Assembly: GCA_965214935.1 (NCBI GenBank)
Contig: CBDCCS010000015.1
Coordinates: 17,791-81,790 of the forward strand
Origin: Candidatus Velthaea sp.
GTDB taxonomy: Bacteria > Vulcanimicrobiota > Vulcanimicrobiia > Vulcanimicrobiales > Vulcanimicrobiaceae
Reading direction: 5' to 3'
Length of the DNA: 64,000 bases
Positions 37,084-46,643 of the stretch are shown here, one piece after another. Numbering within the stretch: the first letter of the stretch is position 1; every line of letters starts with the position of its first letter. Below the pieces are notes generated by a model. The model made no database searches, was not told the DNA's origin, and saw only the letters and a program-made list of their open reading frames with translations. Made by a program: the position numbers and the translations under genes.

Positions 37084-37794
37084 CTACGGCGGATTGAGCA
37101 GCGGCGGCGTCGCTGACGGCAGCGGTTCGGGACTGGCCGTCGGCGCCGGTTGACCGGAAAGATCTCCCGCGCCGGAATTCATCGAACTCGATCCCGTAAC
37201 GCTCGGCGTACTCGACGGTGAAACTTCGGGCGCGGCGACTTCCGCGGCGGTCGCGGTCGGACTGGGAGCGGGGACTGCTGCGGTGTTCAGCGGAGCGTGC
37301 CCGACCTTACCTTGCGCGAGCTCTTTCTTTCCGGCTTTGCCGTACCATGTCGCCGGGAAATCGCGCACCAGCCACTGCATGGTCGCAAGCGAACGTTTGC
37401 GACCTTCATCCGTATCGAGTTTGGCGTACATGCGCTCGAGTGCAAACACCGTTTTTGCCAGCCACGTGTCGGTGGGATATTTGTGCTCCCAGTCGCGTGT
37501 CGCTTCCTCGGCGAAAGCTGCCTTACTCGCCTGCTGCATCCAGCGCGTTTGATCGATCTCGATGTTCGCGCCCACATCTTTGATGGTATTGCGGATGCCG
37601 AGCACACTGATCTTGAGCTTACCGAAATATTCGTCGGCCGGAGCAACTTTGAGCGGCGCCTTGGGTGCCGGTTTCGCGGCGAAAGGCTTTGGCGCGAGCG
37701 TTGGTTTCGCCGTCGGCACGGCCGTTGTCGTGGCCGGCATCGCCGCAGTTGTCGTCGCGGCAACTAACGAAACACACGCGAGTAATCGTTTCAC
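37084..37794 (-). CDS. Hypothetical secreted protein
   Basis: Signal peptide; helical core (APADEYFGKLKISVLGIRN...WEHKYP.D.WL) flanked by Pro/Ala/Thr-rich tails. Confidence 0.7.
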   Translation of the reverse strand: MKRLLACVSLVAATTTAAMPATTTAVPTAKPTLAPKPFAAKPAPKAPLKVAPADEYFGKLKISVLGIRNTIKDVGANIEIDQTRWMQQASKAAFAEEATRDWEHKYPTDTWLAKTVFALERMYAKLDTDEGRKRSLATMQWLVRDFPATWYGKAGKKELAQGKVGHAPLNTAAVPAPSPTATAAEVAAPEVSPSSTPSVTGSSSMNSGAGDLSGQPAPTASPEPLPSATPPLLNPP

Positions 37795-37864
37795 AGCGAT
37801 CCTCAACTATGCTACGTGGTATGACGGCGCGTTCATAAAACGCCGTCGATTGGAGTTAGTGTTC

Positions 37865-39148
37865 GTGAGTGCTCGCCCGAGGTCCGTTGCCGTTCTGCAA
37901 CTTTGCGCGCACGATCGGCGTGATTTTGAGCGGCGCTGGCCGGAGATTCGCGCACGTATCGGAGCAGCGGCGCAAGACGGTGCCGAACTTATTGTCCTGC
38001 CCGAAGGAACCGTGCCCGCCTATGTTATCGGCACCGAAGTTGTCGATCCGCAGTTGCTCGAAGCAGCCGCTCGCGACGTCATTGCAATTGCAGCTCAAAG
38101 CGGCGCTACGATCGTGTATGGCGGCGGGCGGTACGACGCCGAACGCTTCGTCAATTCCGCTTACGTCGTCACTGCCGACGGCATCGTCGGAACCGCTGAT
38201 AAGTTTTTTCTTTGGCACTTCGACCGGCGCTGGTTTCGCGCCGGGGAGCGGCTTGCGCCGGTGCCTTCGCCGGCCGGACTGCTCGGCGTTCTCATTTGCG
38301 CCGACGGACGCATTCCGACCATCGCTGCAACACTCGTCGACCGCGGCGCCGAAATCTTAGTCGTGCCGACCGCGTGGGTCAGCAGCGGCCGCGATCCGCT
38401 CGTGCTTGAAAACATGCAAGCCGATTTAATGCTAAACGTTCGCGCCTTCGAGAACGGCGTTCCGCTCGTCGCTGCCAATAAATGCGGCATCGAGGCGCGC
38501 AGCGTCGCCTATTGCGGAAAAAGCGCCATCGTGGCCGCCGACGGTTCGTTTGTCGCGCGTGCCGAGCAGCACGGTGAAACGACGCTGCGTGGCACGGTCG
38601 CCGTCGGCGCAGCCTATCCGATGCGGACGGCGGCTGCGCGCGCCGTCGAACGCGGCGAAGATCTCGCGCCGCTGCCGGCCGTGCTGCGCATAGCGATCGG
38701 CGTTACAACCGAGCCGGCATTACATGCAGTCGCTGCCGTCGCCGACGCCGAGTTGGTGATCGATCCGCATACGCATCCGCTTTGCGCCGAGATGGCGCTC
38801 GTGCAAGACGAAGCAATGCTCGATCCACGCGCACTTGTTGCGCCACGCTTAGCCGGAGTACGGCTTTTCGTCTGGCATGCGTCGATTGCCGCTCGCTGGG
38901 TGACGCCGCTGGCGCGCACGCGCGCCGCAGAGTTGCGCGCTTATGTCGTCGTACTCGACACGCTCGGCCGGCGAGCATTCGCCATCGACCCGGACGGCAC
39001 TATCCTTTGCGGCACGTTCGAGGGTTTCGATATCGCTGCATTCAGCTTCGATCGCACGCGGACCGACGCTTGGACGATCGCTCCGCATACCGATGTGCGT
39101 GCCGCCTTGTCGTCGGTCGAATCGATCGCATCGCTTGCCGTACGCTGA
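37865..39148 (+). CDS. Carbon-nitrogen hydrolase (nitrilase superfamily) with degenerate second domain
   Basis: LIVLPEG, ADK and LICADG (Glu-Lys-Cys triad); RAFENG...ANKCG. Confidence 0.85.
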   Translation: MSARPRSVAVLQLCAHDRRDFERRWPEIRARIGAAAQDGAELIVLPEGTVPAYVIGTEVVDPQLLEAAARDVIAIAAQSGATIVYGGGRYDAERFVNSAYVVTADGIVGTADKFFLWHFDRRWFRAGERLAPVPSPAGLLGVLICADGRIPTIAATLVDRGAEILVVPTAWVSSGRDPLVLENMQADLMLNVRAFENGVPLVAANKCGIEARSVAYCGKSAIVAADGSFVARAEQHGETTLRGTVAVGAAYPMRTAAARAVERGEDLAPLPAVLRIAIGVTTEPALHAVAAVADAELVIDPHTHPLCAEMALVQDEAMLDPRALVAPRLAGVRLFVWHASIAARWVTPLARTRAAELRAYVVVLDTLGRRAFAIDPDGTILCGTFEGFDIAAFSFDRTRTDAWTIAPHTDVRAALSSVESIASLAVR

Positions 39149-39168
39149 GTGACGGTTGCGCGCGGCAG

Positions 39169-41349
39169 TTGTTGCTGCGCGGGTATCGCACGAGCGTTTG
39201 CACGCTGCTTTTGCTGCTGTCGTGCAACGGGCCGGCGTATGCTGCAGCATTACCGGAAATTTTCGCGCCGGCGCCGTTTCCGCTCGTTCTCTCGCAGTGG
39301 GTAACGCGCGAGTTCGTCGCACCGGGCGCCGAGCGCGCGGTGTATCGCCTTCAGACGACTGCAGGGCCGCTCGTGGTCAATATCGTTCGCATCGACCCGC
39401 GCAACCCGAGCGTGCGGTTCGGCACCGTGCTTGCGCGCGACCGGATCGTGTCGGGCGGCGAAACGATATCGTCGATGGCCGCGCGGACGCATGCCGTGGC
39501 CGGCATCAACGCCGACTACTTCGACATCGGCAATACGAATGCGCCGCTTGGCATGCTCGCGCAGAACGGCGCGCTCGTTCGAACGCCGAGTAGCCGCATC
39601 GCGCTCGCTGTCGGACGCGACCGCGACATCCGCTTTTCCGCGTATGCCTTTCACGGATCGGCTCACGTCAACGCCGGGCCGCCGATCGCGATCACCGGCG
39701 TCAATGAATGGCCGCCGCAAGGCGGCGCGTCGTTCCTCACACCGAGCTACGGCGTGCCGGCAGCCGCAGCCCAAACGCTGATCGCCGAACTGACGCCGCT
39801 TGCCGGCACCAACGATAGCGTACCGCCCGGCGGTCGATACCGCGTATCGCAAATCGATAATGGGACGGTACCCTTCGTTCCGAGCTACGGTCTGGCACTT
39901 GGACCGGCGGCGCAACAGGCGGGCATCGTTCCGGACGTCGGCGACATCATCGACGTCAACCTCGCGACCGATCCGCCGCTGACCGGCGTGCTGCAAGCGA
40001 TCGGCGGCGGGCCGGCGCTGCTGACCGACGGCGTCGCGGTCGACGATCCGGCATCGCCGGGCTACGCTACGCGCGCCCGGCGCATCCCGGCGGCCGCGGC
40101 AGCGCGGCTGGCCGACGGCACGCTCGCGCTCGTCGTGGTCGATGGCCGGCGCCCCGCCACATCTGTCGGAGTTAATCGAGACGAACTCATCGCGCTGCTG
40201 ACCGGGCTCGGCGCGACCGATGCAATGCAGTTCGACAGCGGCGGGTCGGCGACGCTCGTTGCGCGAGTGCTGGGTGATGAACGTGCAACGGTCCTCAACG
40301 AGCCGTCGGACGGTATCGAACGGCCGGTTGCCGACGGTTTTTTCATGTATAGCGATGCACCGGTTGGTCCGCCCTCACGGCTCGTCGTGCGGCCAAGCTC
40401 GATCGAAGCATTGCCCGACGTTGCGATTCCGTTGCAGGCGTCGGTTGCCGACGCCGCCGGGCATGCGCTGGGCGTGGCGCGCGGAGCGTGGCATGTCGCC
40501 GGCAACGTTGCGCGCATTGACGATCGAGACGTGCTGCACGTGCCGGGCCGGCCGATTACGACGGTCTTGCATGTCGACCGCGGCGGCGTTAGCGCCGACG
40601 TTCCGCTCGAAATCGTTCCGAACGTTACGCGCATCGTTATTACGCCCGACCGTCCGAATCCCGATAGCGGGGCAACCGTCGCGCTGCACGCGCAAGCGTT
40701 CGATCTGCGTGGCCGTCCGGTCGAGACCGGCGATCGGGTGCGCTGGAGCGCGCTGCACGGCACGATCCGGTCCGACGGCGTCTTCACCGCCGGACCGGCC
40801 GACGGCTTTGTTTCCGCGGCGCTCGGGGCGATCGAGTCGAGCGAAACAATCCCGGTCGGGCGACACGTGACGCCCCTTGCGAGCTTTGCCGAGGCCGATC
40901 GCTCGGACTGGACGTTCTCGACCGTGCCGCCCGGCGGTCCCGGCCGGCTCGACTTCACTTCGCAGGGCACATTGCTGCTCCGATACGACTTCACCGGCAG
41001 CGAGCGCGCCGCTTACGCCGACGCCGCAATCTCGCTGGGCGAACCGCTGTCGATCTCGTGTGCAATTGACGGTGACGGCAGCGGTGCGGGCATCCGAATC
41101 GCCGTGATCGATCGGTACGGCGAACGCACCGCCTTAACCTTAGTGAAAACCGTCGACTGGACCGGCGCCCAGCGCCGCGACGTGCGCGTTCCGCCGGCTT
41201 TGGCTCCACCGCTAATTCTGCGTTCGATCTATGCCGTCGGTTCACTCGGTCCGGCGCCCATCAAGTCCGCCGGCGTCTTGGGCATACGCGGCTGCGCGTT
41301 GAGCGTGCCCGGAGCGCACCCGCCGGGAACTGCGCTTCGTCTGCCGTAG
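39169..41349 (+). CDS. Secreted phosphodiester glycosidase (NAGPA) family protein with Ig-like domains
   Basis: AGINADYFD, GGGP.L, VVVDGR and AMQFDSGGSATL; start uncertain. Confidence 0.82.
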   Translation: MLLRGYRTSVCTLLLLLSCNGPAYAAALPEIFAPAPFPLVLSQWVTREFVAPGAERAVYRLQTTAGPLVVNIVRIDPRNPSVRFGTVLARDRIVSGGETISSMAARTHAVAGINADYFDIGNTNAPLGMLAQNGALVRTPSSRIALAVGRDRDIRFSAYAFHGSAHVNAGPPIAITGVNEWPPQGGASFLTPSYGVPAAAAQTLIAELTPLAGTNDSVPPGGRYRVSQIDNGTVPFVPSYGLALGPAAQQAGIVPDVGDIIDVNLATDPPLTGVLQAIGGGPALLTDGVAVDDPASPGYATRARRIPAAAAARLADGTLALVVVDGRRPATSVGVNRDELIALLTGLGATDAMQFDSGGSATLVARVLGDERATVLNEPSDGIERPVADGFFMYSDAPVGPPSRLVVRPSSIEALPDVAIPLQASVADAAGHALGVARGAWHVAGNVARIDDRDVLHVPGRPITTVLHVDRGGVSADVPLEIVPNVTRIVITPDRPNPDSGATVALHAQAFDLRGRPVETGDRVRWSALHGTIRSDGVFTAGPADGFVSAALGAIESSETIPVGRHVTPLASFAEADRSDWTFSTVPPGGPGRLDFTSQGTLLLRYDFTGSERAAYADAAISLGEPLSISCAIDGDGSGAGIRIAVIDRYGERTALTLVKTVDWTGAQRRDVRVPPALAPPLILRSIYAVGSLGPAPIKSAGVLGIRGCALSVPGAHPPGTALRLP

Positions 41350-41359
41350 AGCCGAGGGG

Positions 41360-42811
41360 ATGCAGTTTGCTTCTTTGGGCTTGCGCGTAATCGACACGGC
41401 AATGACGCTCGGAGCGGCGTACTGCGACGTGCGCTTCGAGCTTGGCCGTAGCGAGCGCGCCGAGGTCCGCAACGGTGACGTCAGCGGCCTGTCCGACGAA
41501 CGTAGTGACGGCTACGGCATTCGGGCGCTCGTCGACGGAGCATGGGGCTTTGCCGCCGCCGACGATTTCAACGATGCGGCGCTCGATGCCGCAACGGCGC
41601 GGGCCGTCGCTGCGGCGCGTGCCGCGTCGGCAATCTCGGCGCGCCGCATCGGCGAGATTCCGACCGACCGGTATATCGATACGTTCGTCACGCCCGTGGA
41701 ACGCGCGCCGAAGACGGTTTCGCTCGGCGAGCGGCTTGCACTCTTACTCGACGCCGAGAAACTGCTCCATTGTGCACCGACGATCAGCGTCGGCCGCGCC
41801 TGGCTGGATCTATGGTCGACGCAGAAGTTTTTCTTCTCTTCGACCGGGTCGCAGATCGAGCAGACGATCGTGCAAAGCGGCAGCGGAATGGCGGCGCTGG
41901 CCGTCGGCGGCGGCGACGCGCAGATGCGTATGTGGCCGGGCGATCGCGGCCTGTACCAGGGCGGCGGCTGGGAAATCATCGAGGCCGCGCAATTGCGTGA
42001 CAACGCGCAGCGGACCGGCGAGGAAGCGCATGCGCTGTTGAGCGCACCGCAATGTCCGAGCGGTGTGATGGACATCGTGCTCGGCGGCTCGCAAGTTTCG
42101 CTGCAAATCCACGAATCGTGCGGGCACGCCGCCGAACTCGACCGGATCATGGGTTGGGAAGCGAATTTTAGCGGGACGAGCTTTCTGACGCCGGCCGGAC
42201 TCGGCACACTACGCTACGGTTCGGATCTGGTCACCATTCAGATCGATAACACGCTTCCGCGTGGTATTGCAACCGCCGGATACGACGATGAAGGGACGAA
42301 AAGCGTCGTGTCCGATATCATCCGCGACGGCGTGCTGACCGGCTTTGAAACCTCACGCGATACGGCGCGGACCCTCGGGCGGGCGTCGAATGCTTGCGTG
42401 CGCGCGCAGAGCTGGATGCACGTGCCGATGATCCGTATGTGCAATCTTAATTTGTTGCCGGGCGAAACGCCGTTCGAGGCGCTGTTCGGCGATATCGATC
42501 GCGGCGTATACATGGAGGCAAACCGGTCGTGGTCGATCGACGACCGGCGGCTCAACTTTCAATTCGGATGTCAGATCGGCTGGGAGATTCGCAACGGCAA
42601 ACGCGGCCGGATGCTAAAAAATCCGACGTACGCCGGCGTGACGCCGCAATTCTGGAACAGCTGCGATGCCGTCGGCGACCAGGCATCGTGGTTCGCCTGG
42701 GGGACGCCGAATTGCGGCAAAGGCGAACCGATGCAGACCGGGCGCACGACGCAAGCCGCGGCACCCGCACGGTTTCGTAACGTGACGGTCGGAGTCGGCT
42801 ATGACGGCTGA
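41360..42811 (+). CDS. tldD: TldD metalloprotease
   Basis: HESCGHAAE, YDDEG, PMIRMCN and CGKGEP.Q. Confidence 0.9.
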   Translation: MQFASLGLRVIDTAMTLGAAYCDVRFELGRSERAEVRNGDVSGLSDERSDGYGIRALVDGAWGFAAADDFNDAALDAATARAVAAARAASAISARRIGEIPTDRYIDTFVTPVERAPKTVSLGERLALLLDAEKLLHCAPTISVGRAWLDLWSTQKFFFSSTGSQIEQTIVQSGSGMAALAVGGGDAQMRMWPGDRGLYQGGGWEIIEAAQLRDNAQRTGEEAHALLSAPQCPSGVMDIVLGGSQVSLQIHESCGHAAELDRIMGWEANFSGTSFLTPAGLGTLRYGSDLVTIQIDNTLPRGIATAGYDDEGTKSVVSDIIRDGVLTGFETSRDTARTLGRASNACVRAQSWMHVPMIRMCNLNLLPGETPFEALFGDIDRGVYMEANRSWSIDDRRLNFQFGCQIGWEIRNGKRGRMLKNPTYAGVTPQFWNSCDAVGDQASWFAWGTPNCGKGEPMQTGRTTQAAAPARFRNVTVGVGYDG

Positions 42812-44132
42812 AGAACGCGCGCAGGTTGCCCGGCGCGTGCTCGCGCGCTCGCAAGCAGACGCAACCGAAGTGACCGTTACCGCCGGATTTCAAGGCTTGA
42901 CCCGTTTTACGCGCGAGGCCGTTACCCACAATATCGATCGTACCGAACGTGCGATTCGCATCCGCGCGATCGTGGATGGCCGGATCGGAATCGCGGCAAC
43001 GAACGCATTCGACGATGCCGCACTCGACGTCGCGGTTCGCCGCGCGGCTGAGATCGCACGCTTTGCTCCGCGCGAATCGATCCCGCCGCAGCTCGCGCAC
43101 GATGCCGTTGCCGCAGCCGCGACACCGGCCTACGTCGCGGCGACGGCGGCAGCAACACCGGCCGAACGTGCGCGGCTCGCCGCCGCGATGTTCGCTCATG
43201 CGGCGACAAATGAATTATGGTCATCGGGTTACGCGACGACGGCGCACGACGGCACCACGATCGTCAACTCCAACGGCGTTTGCGCGTCGTTCGACGGCAC
43301 CGACGCCGGGGCGAATATCAAGATGAACGCAACCGATGCAACCGGTTTCGCCGAGGCATACTCGCCCGACGTCGACGTGCTCGACGGTGATGCGATCGGC
43401 CTCCGAGCGGCCGGCATTGCGCTACGGACGCGCCGCCCGATCGGTGTCGAGCCGGGTGATTGGACGGTCATTCTCTCACCCGCGGCGGCCGGCGAATTAC
43501 TGCGCTTCGTAACGCAGCACTTTTCGGCCGAGACGTACAGTGACGGCTCATCGTTCATTTCGGGCAAACTCGGTACGGCGGTCGTCGGCAGCAACGTCAC
43601 GATTCTCGATGATTGTACGCACGCGCTTAATCCCGGGATGCCGTTCGATGCGCAAGCGGTTTCCAAACAACGGATCGAACTCGTCCGCAACGGCGTTGCA
43701 ACCGATATCGTCACCGATTCGACTTGGGCCGCGCGCTTGAATCGGCGCAACACCGGCCACGCTTTGCCGGCTCCGAATGTCGGCGGACCGCAGTCGAATT
43801 CGACGGTCGTCGAACCGGGCCCAAAGTCGCTCGAGACGCTCGTTGCCGAGACGCAGCGCGGTCTGCTTATCACGCGGCTCTGGTACGTCCGCAGCGTCGA
43901 TCAACGCACGTTGCTCTTGACGGGCATGACGCGCGACGGCACGTTCCTCATCGAAAACGGCAAGCTGCAAGGCGGCGTGCACAACATGCGTTTCAACGCG
44001 TCGATGATCGCCGCACTCGCCGACTGTGAACTCGCCGACACGCAAATGCGCACCGGCGGCTACCATTACTCCCTCGTCACGCCGGCAATCAAATTTCCGC
44101 GCTTCCACTTTGCCAGCGCTTCACCGTATTAG
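42801..44132 (+). CDS. tldE: TldE/PmbA family protein
   Basis: LTRF....HN, NTGHA and TGMTRDGTFLIENG; no HExxxH; follows tldD. Confidence 0.85.
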   Translation: MTAEERAQVARRVLARSQADATEVTVTAGFQGLTRFTREAVTHNIDRTERAIRIRAIVDGRIGIAATNAFDDAALDVAVRRAAEIARFAPRESIPPQLAHDAVAAAATPAYVAATAAATPAERARLAAAMFAHAATNELWSSGYATTAHDGTTIVNSNGVCASFDGTDAGANIKMNATDATGFAEAYSPDVDVLDGDAIGLRAAGIALRTRRPIGVEPGDWTVILSPAAAGELLRFVTQHFSAETYSDGSSFISGKLGTAVVGSNVTILDDCTHALNPGMPFDAQAVSKQRIELVRNGVATDIVTDSTWAARLNRRNTGHALPAPNVGGPQSNSTVVEPGPKSLETLVAETQRGLLITRLWYVRSVDQRTLLLTGMTRDGTFLIENGKLQGGVHNMRFNASMIAALADCELADTQMRTGGYHYSLVTPAIKFPRFHFASASPY

Positions 44133-44165
44133 AGCAAGCGGACTGCCGGGTCGGGAGAACGCCGC

Positions 44166-45134
44166 TCAGCCGTTCGCGTCGGCGACGTCACGCGTGACCG
44201 CGATCGGCTTCGTGCGCCGCGGCCGCACGAGCGCGGTGCCGATCCCGCCGATGAAAATCAGCGAGCCGATCGCCAGCACCGCCGGATGCGGCGACGACGC
44301 GACCATCAACTGCGGATAGGTGCCCAGAGTCGCGGTGAGCGCAATGTCACCCGCGGCGACCTGCCGGCCCGACGGCGCGATCGTCAAACCGATGCTCTTC
44401 CCGGTATCATCGTTGACGGATAACACGAGCGCCGGCTGACGCGATCCCAGATGATTGAATGTTTGCGCGTCGTCGGCACTAAAATACAGCGCACGCACGA
44501 TGCGATGTAACCCGGGTGTCGCAAACGTATCGAGCGGATACGACTTATCTTTAATCGCCTGTTGCTGCGGAAAAAGCAGAACCGGCGACAAAAACGACGC
44601 ACTGTTGGGCTGCGTCACCGTGACGGGATTACCGCGTGCGTCGCGCGCAACGATATACGCGGCCGGACGCTGCTGCAAGTAGACGATCGAGGTGCCGAGA
44701 TAGACGTGACCGCCATCCGGTACGGCGATCGGATCGGCATTCTTCCGGCGCAACGCGACGCTCGCATCTCCACGCGCAATCGCTGCCGGATCGGCTTGGC
44801 TGAAAAACGCGGCTGCTTGTAAGTCGGGAACCGGCGTTACCGTACCGGGCGATCCGCCGACGGCGACGGTATCGGGGCCGATGAGCCCGGAAGCAAGACC
44901 GCCGATCGCGACCATCAACGCACCGGTCAATCCGAGCGCGACGCGCCGCCCGGCAACACCATCGCCGCCGCTGCGCGCGCTCCACGCATAACCGGCCATG
45001 ACGATCGCGGCAATCGTAAGCAAAGCCGCATACTGCCAGGTATGGTACACATCGAGCCCCGGCCGCACGTCTTGAGCGAACGTCAGCGCGATCGCGATGA
45101 GCGCGATTGCTATCGTCGAGCCGCGCGAATTCAT
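44166..45134 (-). CDS. Membrane protein, ResB/Ccs1-like topology
   Basis: N-terminal TMs with LDVYHTWQY..LL, a large soluble domain and a C-terminal TM; coupled to the tlpA-like gene. Confidence 0.55.
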   Translation of the reverse strand: MNSRGSTIAIALIAIALTFAQDVRPGLDVYHTWQYAALLTIAAIVMAGYAWSARSGGDGVAGRRVALGLTGALMVAIGGLASGLIGPDTVAVGGSPGTVTPVPDLQAAAFFSQADPAAIARGDASVALRRKNADPIAVPDGGHVYLGTSIVYLQQRPAAYIVARDARGNPVTVTQPNSASFLSPVLLFPQQQAIKDKSYPLDTFATPGLHRIVRALYFSADDAQTFNHLGSRQPALVLSVNDDTGKSIGLTIAPSGRQVAAGDIALTATLGTYPQLMVASSPHPAVLAIGSLIFIGGIGTALVRPRRTKPIAVTRDVADANG

Positions 45135-45670
45135 CGCACGTGCAAGGCCGGTCCGACCGCATCGCGCATTTGCGCTAGGCTCAGCGCACCATCGATGCCG
45201 CGCACGACATGACCGCTACGATCGACGATGACCGTCGTCGGCAAGCCGATGGCGGCATAGCTTCGCCCGTATTGCTGATCCGCGTCGAGCAGAATCGGAA
45301 ACGTCACGCCGTGCGCGCGGGCAAAAGCGCCGGTGGCGGCGGCCGACTCACCTTGATCGACCCCGAGCACAACGACCCCTTTGGATTTCATCTCTTGCGA
45401 AAATCGCTGCAGATCGGGCATCTCTTCACGACACGGCGGACACCACGTCGCCCATAGATTCATGAGGACGACCGACCCGCGGTAGCGATCGAGCGCATCG
45501 GTCCGGCCGTCTAAGCGTTTGACGTCGTAACTTGCCGCGGGCGCGCCGGTTAGACCGCCCGGACCGCCCGTGCTGCCGTCGAGCGTGCGTTTCGGTCCGC
45601 CGCCGGAATAACAACCCGTTGCAAGAACCGAAATGACGATTGCCGCGGCAAAGGCGGGCATACAACGCAT
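45131..45670 (-). CDS. TlpA/ResA-like thiol-disulfide reductase (lipoprotein)
   Basis: Lipobox LATGC; NLWATWCPPCREEMP and GLPTT. Confidence 0.9.
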   Translation of the reverse strand: MRCMPAFAAAIVISVLATGCYSGGGPKRTLDGSTGGPGGLTGAPAASYDVKRLDGRTDALDRYRGSVVLMNLWATWCPPCREEMPDLQRFSQEMKSKGVVVLGVDQGESAAATGAFARAHGVTFPILLDADQQYGRSYAAIGLPTTVIVDRSGHVVRGIDGALSLAQMRDAVGPALHVR

Positions 45671-45706
45671 CCGGCGATCTTCGCGCCGGTACCGATAGGT
45701 TCTTAT

Positions 45707-46561
45707 GTGAACGTTACAAACGCGCCGCGCTGGCGTACGCGCCCGATCGTTGCAGCCGGACTCAAGATCGTCGGCTACGAAGCGGGCAACCCCGACCCGC
45801 AAGCCCCCACCCTTGTCCTCGTGCATGGATTGGGCCACTGGACGCAGGCCGCCTGGGACGTGCTCCTGCCGCTGCTCGATCCGCAGTTGCGGATCGTCGC
45901 GTTTGATTTGCCGGGCTTCGGCCGGAGTGAAAAGCCGGACGTACGCTATGACACCGCCTTTTTCTCAGGCGTCGTCGGCGCCGTGCTCGATCGGCTGGCA
46001 CCCGATCGCATGTGGCTCTGCGGACACTCGCTAGGCGGCTATATCGCCGCGACCTACGCAGCCGACCATCCGGACCGGGTCGACAAGCTTGTCCTGGTCG
46101 CACCGGCCGGCTTTTTACGTGCAGCCCGCTTCCTGTACGCCATGCTCGGCAGTCAAGTTGCTCGCTGGCTCTTCACTCGCCGTCCCGGACGGCGCTTTCT
46201 CGAGCGCACGTTGGACCGCTCGGTTTACGATCCGGCAACGATCGTTCCGGCGATTCGCGAGCTGGCGTTCGAGTTCGCGCGCGATGCTGACGTGCGGCGC
46301 GCTTTCGCGGGCGTTTACACCGGCGCCATTCAAGATTTTCGCGAAATGGAAGCCATGCACGAGCGGCTTGGCGGCTGGCATGGGCCGACGCTCATCGTCT
46401 GGGGCCGTCACGACCGCTTCATTCCGATCAAGGCCTTGGCCGCGACGCGCAGCGTGTACCCGCAAGCCGAGACGCTGATCTGTGAAAGCAGCGGTCATCT
46501 GCCGATGGTCGAGGAGCCGGCCGCCGTAGCGACCGCGCTGCGGCAGTTCCTGCGCGGCTGA
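45707..46561 (+). CDS. Alpha/beta fold hydrolase
   Basis: LVHGLG, DLPGFGRS, GHSLGG, WGRHD and GHLPM. Confidence 0.9.
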   Translation: MNVTNAPRWRTRPIVAAGLKIVGYEAGNPDPQAPTLVLVHGLGHWTQAAWDVLLPLLDPQLRIVAFDLPGFGRSEKPDVRYDTAFFSGVVGAVLDRLAPDRMWLCGHSLGGYIAATYAADHPDRVDKLVLVAPAGFLRAARFLYAMLGSQVARWLFTRRPGRRFLERTLDRSVYDPATIVPAIRELAFEFARDADVRRAFAGVYTGAIQDFREMEAMHERLGGWHGPTLIVWGRHDRFIPIKALAATRSVYPQAETLICESSGHLPMVEEPAAVATALRQFLRG

Positions 46562-46643
46562 TTTGGTAAAATCTCGGTAAGCCGGAGCCGAGCCGCACGG
46601 TGATGCGGCTAAGTCGATCAAGCAGTAGACCGATGCCTGGTAT

